Source: an uncultured delta proteobacterium
Lineage (GTDB): Bacteria > Desulfobacterota > Desulfomonilia > Desulfomonilales > Desulfomonilaceae
Length of the DNA: 64,000 bases
Assembly (NCBI GenBank): GCA_963789265.1
Contig: CAWBKB010000008.1
Coordinates: 32,001 to 96,000, forward strand
Reading direction: 5' to 3'
Shown here piece by piece: positions 49,801 to 59,780 of the stretch (its first letter is position 1; the number at the start of each line of letters is the position of its first letter). The position numbers and the translations under genes are program-made. The notes beneath the pieces were generated by a model that was not told the DNA's origin, ran no database searches, and saw only the letters and a program-made list of their open reading frames with translations.

Positions 49801-50580
49801 GCTATCAACTTGTCAACAGGTCGGGATCGGCAGCGTAACCATTCACTTACTAGCGGGAAGAGATTGTCATTGCGAGCCAAGCGAAGCAATCTTTTCCTTT
49901 AAACGCCGCTTAGATTGCCGGTGGGACGGGCATCTTGCCCGTCATCCCCAATGGCAGGCAGGATGCCTGCCCCACCATATCCTCGCGGGGATTGTCACTT
50001 GTTTGATGGCGCACTGGTATAACCTGTCAACAGGTCGGGATCGGCGGCAAAGATTCTGATTGACTGACCACATTGCCGTGAGTTACTCTCAACAAAAGCA
50101 CAAATTGGGCTCTTTCAGCAACGTGAAGATGGTTTTGATTTTCCCGGCTCTCCCCGCATAGGCAGTAACTTAGCCTCGTCGGACGCCGGATTCCCCTCTT
50201 TCGTGAGGGGGGGGAAGGGGGAGGATGACAACCGACCGAAATTGTAGACGACCCTTTGTTATTTTTACGCGTGTGGGGCAAGTGGGAATTTTGAGCTAAC
50301 CCGTTGAAAATCCCCTTAAATCCCCCTTTAAAAAGGGGAACTTTGATGGGCCTTGGCCCGTTGGACCTCTCAAGAAGTAACGAAATGCCCTTAGTACTAG
50401 ATTTCCCAAATACGGTGACGTTAAGCCGGTACGGAAGAAGATTGCTTTCCCGCGAGGCGCGGGACTCGCAATGACAGATAGTGGGAATGTCATTGCGAGG
50501 AGTGAAACGACGAAGCAATCTCCACCGTGAAAATGCGTGACCGGATTTATGAAACAGAGCAATTAGTTAGCGCCTATGGG
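49801..50580. repeat. Dense cluster of nested palindromic repeats
   Basis: Direct repeat tgtcaacaggtcgggatcggc near 49811 and 50025; gtcattgcgag, gacgggcatcttgcccgtc, tcccccttt..aagggg and ATACC-type ends. Confidence 0.7.
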
Positions 50581-50646
50581 ATCAGGCTCCGGGGTGTTGT
50601 CTGACACCATGTATTCAAGTTCTCAAACTTAACTAGGAGGTGGGAA

Positions 50647-50889
50647 ATGCATTTAATCGGATTCTTGATAATCGGGCTCATAGCTGGTTGGCTGGCCGAG
50701 ACAATCATGAAAGGGCGAGGGGCCGGTCTAATCGTTAACCTAATTGTAGGGGTAGTCGGTGCCTTCGTCGGGGGCCATCTTTTCGGCTATTTGGGGTTGC
50801 ACATGCACGGGATCATCGGGTCCTTGATTGCAGCCGTAGTTGGGGCCCTGATACTGCTTTTTATCGTGGGGCTAATCAAGAAGGCTTGA
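50647..50889 (+). CDS. GlsB/YeaQ/YmgE (transglycosylase-associated) membrane protein
   Basis: IIGLIAGWLA..IMKGRG.G...NLIVGVVGAFVGG.LF...AVVGA. Confidence 0.9.
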   Translation: MHLIGFLIIGLIAGWLAETIMKGRGAGLIVNLIVGVVGAFVGGHLFGYLGLHMHGIIGSLIAAVVGALILLFIVGLIKKA

Positions 50890-50918
50890 ACGGCAGTAAT
50901 TGGTTATCTCACAAAGCT

Positions 50919-51136
50919 GTAATCGTTCACCGCGGAGAGCGCAGAGACCGCGGAGAATTCTATTTTCTCCGAACGCTTATGCGAATTGTGTACAGCAGGT
51001 TCCGGTATGTGATCCCGCGATGCGGAAAGGACAATGCCGACCTGACTGTACGCGCGGTAACTGACGTGGAATTGAATAAGCTATCCTTTATCTCTGCGAA
51101 CTCTGCGGTGAATCTTGAGGCCCGCTGAAAGGTTAC
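50919..51136. mobile_element. 218-bp MITE with 8-bp target site duplication
   Basis: IRs gtaatcgttcac / ctgaaaggttac; ACAAAGCT at 50911-50918 and 51137-51144. Confidence 0.85.
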
Positions 51137-51527
51137 ACAAAGCTTTCACGAGCATTCTCGCGTCCCAGTCGGGGTGGATCGTGTGACTTGCCCCCCGATG
51201 GTGGTTTCGGAAAAATGTCACCACAGAGGCACAGAGGTGCTCGGCGCACGGCCAAGATTCCTTGATAAGCATCGAGGCCCGTAGAGATTGGGGAGGTTAC
51301 TCGAACGAAGTATTTTTCTCGTTCCCAGTCCCGCGAGACGCGGGATTGGGAACCAGAACTCCAAGGGATGCCTTATTTTAACGCTTATCCCCATACGGGG
51401 GCATGACGGCATGTACGGCGCGGGTTTGAACCCCGCGCCGTACCATCTGACGGTTTTCTCTGGGCTCTCTGTGTCTCTGTGGTTAACTTTCTCTTTCTTT
51501 CAGTTCACCTCACCCACCAAAATAAAT

Positions 51528-51722
51528 CCTGCCCACTGTGGAGTAATGGAGTCTGACATGAGCGGCGATCCTCCTCGTGCAAGAAGCAAGACCCTCTCAA
51601 GTTGCCACTCTCGGACCGGCTACGTGAGGCGGCAGATTGGGGGAGTGTTTGGATCGGCCGAAAGCCAGACCCCACTGCAGAACTTTTCTGGGATTCAGCC
51701 ATAGAAGCCCATGTTGGGCAGG
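51528..51722. other. Structured non-coding element (copy C plus hairpins) abutting the GNAT inverse core site
   Basis: Imperfect inverted ends cctgcccactgtgg / ccatgttgggcagg; internal tgccactc...gaggcggca stem. Confidence 0.5.
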
Positions 51723-52186
51723 AGGTTATATTGCATGACTGTACGTTCCTTGCCCAGGTATTCGACTCGTTCCCGAAGAGACCATCCGAGGCGCTTGTAG
51801 AATGTTGGCAACTGGCCCGAGGTGTAAAGGTACAAAGTGTCGTAGCCAACTGATCGCGCCTCGGCAGCGACCGCACGAACCAAGGCTGCTCCAGTGCCAT
51901 GCCGCCGGTAGATCGGGAAAACGAAGAGCTGGCCGAGCCAAGGCGTGAGACCTTTCCTGACTTCCATGTCGCAGCGACGAAGGGTTCCCGACCCGACCAG
52001 TAGCCCACTCAGGGAGGCGACGAAAACCGACAGAATCTTTGAGCACTCCGCTGTTTCGCCAAGGAAACCAATATATTCCTCAACAGTGGCAGATCCGGTA
52101 AGCGGACCCCACTGATCGAAGTGAGCGTGGGCGAGAACGTTTATCCAGTCTCTATGCAGGGCGAGTTTTTCGATTATCACATGCAA
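51695..52186 (-). CDS. GNAT family N-acetyltransferase, gene-cassette-like
   Basis: TPWLGQLFVFPIYRRHGTGAALV, TLYLYT, FYKRLGW; minus-strand GTTGGGC before the gene and GCCCAAC at its end. Confidence 0.88.
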   Translation of the reverse strand: MHVIIEKLALHRDWINVLAHAHFDQWGPLTGSATVEEYIGFLGETAECSKILSVFVASLSGLLVGSGTLRRCDMEVRKGLTPWLGQLFVFPIYRRHGTGAALVRAVAAEARSVGYDTLYLYTSGQLPTFYKRLGWSLRERVEYLGKERTVMQYNLLPNMGFYG

Positions 52187-52378
52187 CCCCTGTTGTTGCT
52201 GCCCAACTATGAGCTATGAGAGTCACGTTTTCACTCACCGTTGCCGGTTGCCCGAACTTGAGGGTTCCATGATATTTGTCCTGGGCAGAATCGCCTCCCC
52301 GTCTGCCACCGTTGCAGAGATCGTTTCGGGTCATCGAGGAAGTTGTTCTTGCTATCCTACCTGCATTTATTGCAGCAA

Positions 52379-53226
52379 AGGGGTCACCCATTAAAAGGCC
52401 CTCTGTCAAGGAAAAAACTTCCCCGGTGCAAGGAAAGGGTTGTTTACTTGCTGAGGGTACGGCCGAGCACGCGACGTGCCGGGTTTCAGTCATAGTCAAG
52501 GGCAGACCCCACTCACGAGGGTCAACCGGGTGAACACCCGTGGCCATTATCGGGAAGTACTTAGGGACTTTCTCAGAGCTTCAAATGAGCCAAGAGGCGT
52601 CGCCGGCCCCAGGGGAGAGGAGGCTCTACCGGCGCCAGCCCCGTCCATAGTAACCTCTACCATAACCGCCATAATATCCGCCGTAATACCCCGGGTAGCC
52701 GTACCCGCTGTATCCTCCGTATCCCGCGTACCCGCCGTATCCCTCATATCCGCCGTATCCAGGCACGGCGGAACCAGGACCGTATACGGTGTTCGGTATA
52801 CCGGGCGCGGGCCACTTGCTGACTGTGTAACCCCAACACGTGCAAGCGCTAAATGCCAGCATCGCAAGGATTGCAAGAATTATGGTGGATTTTTTGACCA
52901 TACCTTCATCCTCCTTTCCACTAGGACCATTCTTGTCATGAATCGGTCCTCTTTGGGGTGCCTGTTAAGACTAACCCAAAGCCAGAATATCACTGACTAA
53001 TTTGGAAGTCAATGAATATCGAAATGCGTTTCCCCTTCCTTCTTCACTCCTGGCTGTCTTTGGAAATGCCCCACGCCACCGTGGATTTTGGGGTCAGGCT
53101 TGAAATGTGAAATGAGTGGCCGCACGGAAATTTCAACATAATTCGGCCATATTCAAGGTGATAACAACCTGTTCAGGCAAGACATCGAAGATTGGAATGG
53201 ATGTCACCTTTTAATGGGTGACCCCT
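52379..53226. mobile_element. 848-bp segment bounded by a perfect 20-bp inverted repeat (putative non-autonomous element)
   Basis: aggggtcacccattaaaagg (52379-52398) and ccttttaatgggtgacccct (53207-53226); no target duplication found. Confidence 0.5.
52626..52901 (-). CDS. Small secreted Gly/Tyr-rich protein
   Basis: RBS AGGAGGA; signal peptide MVKKSTIILAILAMLAFSA; GYGGY repeats. Confidence 0.75.
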   Translation of the reverse strand: MVKKSTIILAILAMLAFSACTCWGYTVSKWPAPGIPNTVYGPGSAVPGYGGYEGYGGYAGYGGYSGYGYPGYYGGYYGGYGRGYYGRGWRR

Positions 53227-53376
53227 GCCCTTGCCAGTGCTGCTTCGTAGTCTTCATCCGTGTGTATTGGTCTGATTTCCATTTACTACTCTCCGTAGAG
53301 ATGGATCATAATATAGCGGCACAGTCCTCTAGAGTGAGAGCTGAAATAGGGCAGCGATCGCGAAGGAATTAGGGTA

Positions 53377-53405
53377 GGCCTCTCCGATTGTTCCTCGGAG
53401 AGGCC
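53377..53405 (-). terminator. 11-bp stem-loop downstream of cydB
   Basis: ggcctctccga-ttgttcc-tcggagaggcc; no clear U tract. Confidence 0.4.
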
Positions 53406-53453
53406 CTTATGTGCAGTAGGGCGTCCCGCGAAGCGCGGGATTGCCCGCCGATG

Positions 53454-54479
53454 TCAATAAGCTTCTTCGGAAGCCAGATCTTCCTTAGTTATCTTGCCCC
53501 TGAACACATAGTAGCCCCAAATCTGGTAGATGATCACGATGGGCACAAAGGTTAGTGCCACACCGAGCATGATTTTCAGAGTGAGTGGGCTCGAAGCGGA
53601 GTTGAAAACGGTCAAGCTGTAAGCCGGATTTAAACTTGACGGAAAGAGATTGGGATACAGCCCGATCACGCCGAACAGGGTCGCGCCCACGATGGTTAAT
53701 GACGATGCAAACCATGCGCTCCACCAGGCTTTCTTATGAATGAGCCAGCGCACGGCCAAAAGAGCCAGTACCGTTATGAGAGGAATCACCAATAACGCCG
53801 GGTGAGTCAGGTAATTCGTGTAAAGACCGGTCGCAAACCACGTCGCGGCCAGGAATACCACCGCAACGACGAGCAGAACCCACCATATTCCACCGGCTGT
53901 CTTTCCGGCCCGCTCCTCAAGAGGAGCCTCAGCCTTGATCGCCAGCCACAGTGCCCCATGAACGAGGAAGAGAAGGACAAAGAGCACTCCTCCGAGCAGT
54001 CCATAGGGATTCAGTAGCGTGAGCAAGTTGCCGTGAAATATGCCATCCGCGTCAATCGGTATCCCTCGGAAGATGTTCGCGAATGCGACACCAAGCAAAA
54101 GAGCCGCGACGAAACTTCCCAAAAAGTGGCAAACATCCCACAGCTTTTGCCATCCCTCGCCTTCGAGCTTGCCCCTGAATTCCAGGGCAACCGCGCGCAC
54201 GATCAAGGCAAAGAGAAGCAGCAGGAGAGGAGTGTACAGAGCGCTGAACATGACTGCATAAGTTGTCGGAAAAGCCGCGAAAGTAACCCCGCCTGCGGTG
54301 ATTAACCATACCTCGTTCCCATCCCAGAAGGGTCCCATCGAGTTGTAGATCACTCGCCTATCGCTATCGGTACGGGCCACAAAAGGGGCGAGGATTCCCA
54401 GCCCGAGGTCAAAGCCGTCGAGCATAAAATAAACAGCCCATAGGATACCCCATAGCAAAAACCAGATCGTCTCTAACAT
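53454..54479 (-). CDS. cydB: Cytochrome bd quinol oxidase subunit II
   Basis: DGFDLG, GPFWDGNEVWL, FAAFP, SLTVFNSASS. Confidence 0.96.
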   Translation of the reverse strand: MLETIWFLLWGILWAVYFMLDGFDLGLGILAPFVARTDSDRRVIYNSMGPFWDGNEVWLITAGGVTFAAFPTTYAVMFSALYTPLLLLLFALIVRAVALEFRGKLEGEGWQKLWDVCHFLGSFVAALLLGVAFANIFRGIPIDADGIFHGNLLTLLNPYGLLGGVLFVLLFLVHGALWLAIKAEAPLEERAGKTAGGIWWVLLVVAVVFLAATWFATGLYTNYLTHPALLVIPLITVLALLAVRWLIHKKAWWSAWFASSLTIVGATLFGVIGLYPNLFPSSLNPAYSLTVFNSASSPLTLKIMLGVALTFVPIVIIYQIWGYYVFRGKITKEDLASEEAY

Positions 54480-54493
54480 GATCTTCCCCCCTT

Positions 54494-55820
54494 CTACTGC
54501 GTTGCGCCGGAGATCGGCTCCGGAACCTTGCCTGCATACCTGGCGATCAAATAGAAGCAGCCTATCCCGAGCAAAGTGTAAATGATTACAAAGGCCGCCA
54601 GAGAGATGCCGACCTGGGAGTTAGCCAGTGTGGATGCGGCATCGCTGGTTTTCATCATGCCGTAAACTATCCACGGTTGCCGACCGACTTCGGTTACTGT
54701 CCAGCCGAGGGCAAGCGCTACATAAGGGAGCGGAATACAATACATCAACAGCCGAAGAAGCCCTGGGCTGTCTTCCGGATTGTTCCGCTTGAACCAGGCA
54801 ATAATGCTGACGATAACGAAAAAGATCCCGAGCGCCACCATCAGCCTGAAGGCCCAGAAGGTCGCGGCAACGGGCGGTCTCTCGTTTTTGGGCCATTCCT
54901 TGAGCCCTTTGTACACAGCATTCGCGTCACCGTAAGCAACCCAACTCAATAGCTTGGGTATCCCCAGAAACTGCACTGAGTTGCGCTCGTTAGCCTCATC
55001 GGGAATTTGGATCAAATACAACGGAGCGCCTGGCGTGGACTCCCAGAACCGCCTCAGTGGCCGCTGCCTTGGTCGGCTGGGCTTTTACCATCTCTTTGCC
55101 GTGGAAATCTCCTATCCCAAGTTCGGCGATAGAAAAGATTACAGCAAAAATGGCCGCCATCTTGAACGATTGCTTGAAAAATGGGACGTTTTGACGCCGA
55201 AGTAGATGATACGCGCATACGCCCATTACAAAGAACCCGGTTAGGATGTACGCTCCGCTTAACACGTGCAGAAACATCAAAAGAGCGTAACTCTGTGTAA
55301 TAACAGCCCAGAAATCGGCAAGCTCCGCACGACCGTTTCTGATTACATAGCCTACCGGGTGCTGCATCCAGGAGTTTGCCACCAGGATCCAATACGCGGA
55401 AAAATTCGAGGCGGCAACAACCAGCCAGATGCAAACCGCGTGAGCTTTCGGAGAAAGCTTATCCCAGCCGAATACCCACAAACCGATGAACGTGGATTCA
55501 AGGAAAAAGGCAACTGTAGCCTCTACCGCCAGTAGGGAACCGAAAATGTCCCCCACGTACTTGGAATATCGGGACCAGTTTGTACCGAATTGAAATTCCA
55601 GGGTTATGCCGGTAACCACTCCCAGAGCAAAATTGATGACTAACAACTTGCCCCAGTATTTGGCCATCTTTTTGTATTGTTCGTCCCCGGTACTTACATA
55701 TCGCGTCTCCATTATGGCAACTAGAATGGAAAGGCCCAGCGTAAGGGGAACGAATAGAAAATGGAAATAAGTTGCCACTGCAAATTGCAACCGGGAAAGT
55801 GTGACAGCGTCCATAGCCAT
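54494..55820 (-). CDS. cydA: Cytochrome bd quinol oxidase subunit I (frameshift near 55048, probably a sequencing error)
   Basis: LSRLQFA...FHFLFVPLT, EFQFGTNW, FFLESTF, QPTK.AA.E, GW..TEVGRQPW; removing one G gives EAFWESTPGAPLYL. Confidence 0.93.
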
Positions 55821-55846
55821 TTACCCCCTTGGTGGATTGACACCAT

Positions 55847-56344
55847 TTAATCAATCCTTTTGAACGTTGCTCCCTTTGAACCGCAAACCGGACAAACATC
55901 CGGAGCATGCTGTCCCACGGTGTACCCGCAGGATGGACACACATAATAGGAATAACTCTCCTGCGATGCTCCCAGACTGTCCAGGAGCTTGGTGTAAAGG
56001 CTCGCGTGGACTTTTTCCACTTCGTTAGCGTAGTTGAAGCTTCTCTCCGCGGCTTTATGCCCTGCGGCTTTGGCCGCTTCAATCATTCCGGGGTACATCT
56101 GTTTGAATTCGAACGTTTCACCGGCAATGGCCGCTTCAAGATTCTGGGTTGTGGTGCCGATTCCTTTGAGAGCTCTCAGGTGATTGTGCGCGTGGACGGT
56201 TTCTGCTTCTGCCGCTGCTCGAAACAGCTTGGCGGCCTGGGGATATCCTTCCTTATCCGCCTTTTCCGCAAAGGCGAGATACTTGCGATTAGCCTGTGAT
56301 TCCCCTGCAAACGCCTCTTTCAAGAATTGTTCTACTTCTTGCAT
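55847..56344 (-). CDS. rbr: Rubrerythrin
   Basis: AFAGESQANRKY, AETVHA, GETFE, EKVH, C-terminal CPSC...CPVC. Confidence 0.93.
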   Translation of the reverse strand: MQEVEQFLKEAFAGESQANRKYLAFAEKADKEGYPQAAKLFRAAAEAETVHAHNHLRALKGIGTTTQNLEAAIAGETFEFKQMYPGMIEAAKAAGHKAAERSFNYANEVEKVHASLYTKLLDSLGASQESYSYYVCPSCGYTVGQHAPDVCPVCGSKGATFKRID

Positions 56345-56587
56345 GACTCCCTGTTCCTCCTCGTTGTTGATAATTTGGTTTGATACGGACAAAATCCGCA
56401 TTTCATATTAAGAACGACAAGATCGGGGAAACATCCCTTGTTCAGGTTCCCCAAATCCGACCTGGAACCCCCAACATTCGCCTGCATCCTCATTTCTCCA
56501 TAAGATAAACGAGAATTTCAGCAATAGCCAAAAATTCTTGTAGATACGTCAAGGGAGGAACGTATTTGAAGACGTTCCTCCGCGACC

Positions 56588-56986
56588 TCAATTCTTCCTG
56601 AAACAATCAGGGCAAATTCCAGTGAATTCCATCCAGTGCGATACCACTTTGTACCCGCAGGATCTTTGGGCTGCCTTTTCGATCAGCGGGAAGGGCTCAA
56701 TATCGATGTCGTCCACTCTTCCGCATTCAATGCAGCGGATATGGTAATGATTTTCGGTTGTCCCGTCAAAGCGTCTCTGAGTACCGGCGAGGTCCATTTT
56801 CAGCACTATGCCTTCCGCGCTCAGGATTTCAAGGTTGCGATACACGGTGGCAATACTGATCTTCGGCAAGCGCCGGCGAACCAAGTGATGAAGGTCCTCG
56901 GCCGTAGGGTGACAGGTGACCTTCTTTAGCTCTTCCAGAATGATCCTACGCTGCTTAGTCATTCTACGTAATGGTTTCGAGTCCAT
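56588..56986 (-). CDS. perR: Fur-family regulator, PerR-like
   Basis: TKQR..IL, HPTA, ISIATVYRNL, RFD, HYHIRCIECG, GICPDC; lies upstream of rbr-cydAB. Confidence 0.8.
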   Translation of the reverse strand: MDSKPLRRMTKQRRIILEELKKVTCHPTAEDLHHLVRRRLPKISIATVYRNLEILSAEGIVLKMDLAGTQRRFDGTTENHYHIRCIECGRVDDIDIEPFPLIEKAAQRSCGYKVVSHWMEFTGICPDCFRKN

Positions 56987-57030
56987 AGCGGGATGTTGCG
57001 TTCCTGTTGCTATTGAGATGCAATATAAAT

Positions 57031-57060
57031 AAGCTAACCGAAGCTAGATTCTCATGTCAA
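57031..57060 (-). promoter_or_regulatory. Possible sigma70 promoter of perR
   Basis: TTGACA (57055-57060), 18 nt, TAGCTT (57031-57036). Confidence 0.45.
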
Positions 57061-57077
57061 GTCTTTTTTGCAACGAC

Positions 57078-57196
57078 TTGTATGCATTCAGTTACAACCG
57101 AAATTTGCGGGTGGCTTCGTGGGGTGGGCTTTCTAGCCCGCCATTGAACAGGGGTTTCCCCGGCAGGCTGTCCCGCGCCTCGCGGGACTGTCCCAC
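57078..57196. repeat. Second copy of the 43507-43614 element, carrying a 17-bp palindrome
   Basis: About 90 bp nearly identical to 43507-43599. Confidence 0.9.
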
Positions 57197-57406
57197 CATT
57201 CACTCCTCGCAATTGCGGATGTTCAGAACGGCTCACCGGTGTGCACGTTTGCAAACACCGGGTGGGCCGGAATCGGCCCGCGCGTTTTGCATCGACACGC
57301 CCGCTCGGAAAACAAGTGTCAATAGCCGTTGACTAAGATGGTATAAGTCTCTTATAATAAGTTTCTCAAGTGTAGTCTGAATTCTGATGCGCAGGTATGA
57401 GAACGA

Positions 57407-59738
57407 ATGAGCAGGAGAGTCGTGCCAATGGATGGCCCATACAATGGTCCGGACGACTCCAGGTCTTCAAGTATTGATGCCGGGAGAGACCGCCTTGCCC
57501 GACCTTTGAGCCCGGGTCCGGGAGGCATGTCTTCTCAACAATGGTCATATAATGATATAGGTGATGATTCCAATCCAACACTCAGAGATTACATAGGTAT
57601 TGTAATTAGAAGAAGGTGGGCGGCCCTCGCGGCGTTTGTTGTTATCATTTCCATATCTGTTGCCTACACATTCACTGCCAAACCTTTATACCGCTCTGCC
57701 GCTACCATAGAATTTCAACAGAAGAAGCCGAAGCAAGATGATCGGGTATACGGGAGCCCCGAGTACCGACCAGTACAAGGGTTATCTAGCTACCCAGTTG
57801 GAGATTTTGAAGTCACGCAGCCTGGCAAAAGCTCTGATCGCCAAAATGAACCTTTCGGATTCTCCTGAATTCACGTCTTCAAAAGGCCGGCTTGCCGGAT
57901 TGCGTTCCGCGCTTCTCCTGTGGTTCCGGATATCAAATCCCCAAACCAACACAAAGAAGGCCCTTCCAAGCCTCAACAAACTCGTAACCAACGTTCTTGG
58001 GAGAGTTTCGGTCAAGCCCATCAAGACCAGCAACCTGGCCTCAGTGAGCATGGATGCGAAAAGCCCCGCCTTCGCCCCGGAGATGCTGCGCAATTATCTG
58101 GATCTTTATCTCGAAATCAACCTGAAAGAACGCCGGAAAGAAAGTTTGGAGGCGAGTGTTTGGTTGAAAGAAGAGCTGGCCAAGGTCCAAAAGAAGCTGC
58201 TGGAAGCCCAAGCAGATTTGGTCGGATTCCTGATCGACAACGGAATCGTTGACTCGTCGAGCGAAACCGGAGTCAGCCCGGTTATGGACCTACTTGCCAA
58301 GACAATGGAGGCCCACAGTAAGTCGCGTGAGGCCCGTTTACGGATGCAGGCATTGGATGCTCAGAAGATCAGAGAACAGGGAGCAGTCCTGCCGAAGGAC
58401 GTCAATACCGAATATATTGGTAAACTTAAGGAGCAATTGGCATCGTTTGAGGTCGAATATACGCAGATGAAGGGACTTTATTCATCTGACTTTCCAAAGG
58501 TGAAGATCCTGCGCGAGAAGATCAATTATTTGAAAGATAGAATTCACAAAATTGAAAAGAACGTTCTCGATTCAGCTTTGGACACGGCAAAGAGAGAAGA
58601 AAATCTTTTCAAAGGGTCTGTTAAGTCTGCACGGGATGAGGCCAACCGCGTGAAGGCTCTGGATGCTCAACACATGCTCCTTAAGAAAAATGTGGAAACC
58701 AATGAGGAATTCTACAAGATCATTTTGAAAGAATATAAAGAAAATGACATCAAGGCGAGAACAATCAGCAACAACGCCAGAATAGTTGACACACCCACCG
58801 AGCCCGAAGCGCCTTGCTGGCCAAAGAAGAAGTTGTTTCTTCTGATAGGTGGCTTGATGGGATTGGTGGGGGGAATTGCCGCGGCCTTTGCAGTGGAAAG
58901 ATTGGACAATACGGTTCAGACCCCCGAAGAAATCGAAAGAGATTTCAACGTTCGGAGGCTGGCTATCGTGCCGGATCTAGACACACTGGCGAAGGCGCAA
59001 GGCAGGGAACTGAGAAATATTCCTTATGAATTCGTCGCCCACAGGCAACCGAAGTCTCCTATGTCAGATGCCATTCAGAATATCCACACTTCCATCTCGC
59101 TGTCAAATGCGGACAAACCAGTGCGATGCATGGTTGTATCCAGCCCTAATCCTGCTCAGGGCAAAACCCTGATTTCGATTTCCGTAGCCACCGTGATGTG
59201 CTCGGGCCACAAGAAAGTGGTGATAGTTGACGCAGATATGCGTAAGCCTAGAGTCCATCAGGTTTTCGGTCATCGCGATCCGGGCCCCGGTCTATCAACG
59301 TTGCTTGGAGGCTTTGGCCCACAAATATCGCAAGCAGTGCATGCTCATAGCATAAAGGGTTTATTTTACATTACTTCAGGACCACCGGTCGAAGATCACT
59401 TGAGCTTGCTTCGATCCGATCGCATGAAACGGTTGGTCGATCAGTTAAGGCGCGCCTTCCATTACATAGTATTTGATTCTCCCCCTATCTTGGGATTCTC
59501 GGACGTCCCCACACTTTGCACGCACGCTGACGGATTGATCATGGTCGCCAAGCAGGGGCACTTGGGCCGAGATGCGCTTCGGGAGGCCCTTAATGCCACA
59601 TCCTCGGTTAATGGCTGCGAGATTCTGGGAGTAGTGCTGAATAAGGCTCATGCTTCGGGGGAATACGGTTTTCCATACTTCGGATACAATCGTGACTACT
59701 ATTACGGAAACTACAGATATTATGGCGATCGGTCCTGA
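57407..59738 (+). CDS. wzc: Polysaccharide co-polymerase / tyrosine autokinase (frameshift near 57766)
   Basis: LRDYIGIVIRRRW plus TM, coiled coil, PCWPKKKL plus TM, PAQGKT, VDADMRKP, FDSPP, C-terminal Tyr cluster. Confidence 0.88.
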
Positions 59739-59780
59739 TCAGGCGCCTCTATAGCTGCCCACTTCATCGCCAAATTGGTA

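Noticed and set aside
51408..51445. tRNA fragment at gtacggcgcgggtttgaaccccgcgccgtac
   Set aside because: It is a simple hairpin resembling a T-loop, with no cloverleaf or CCA end.
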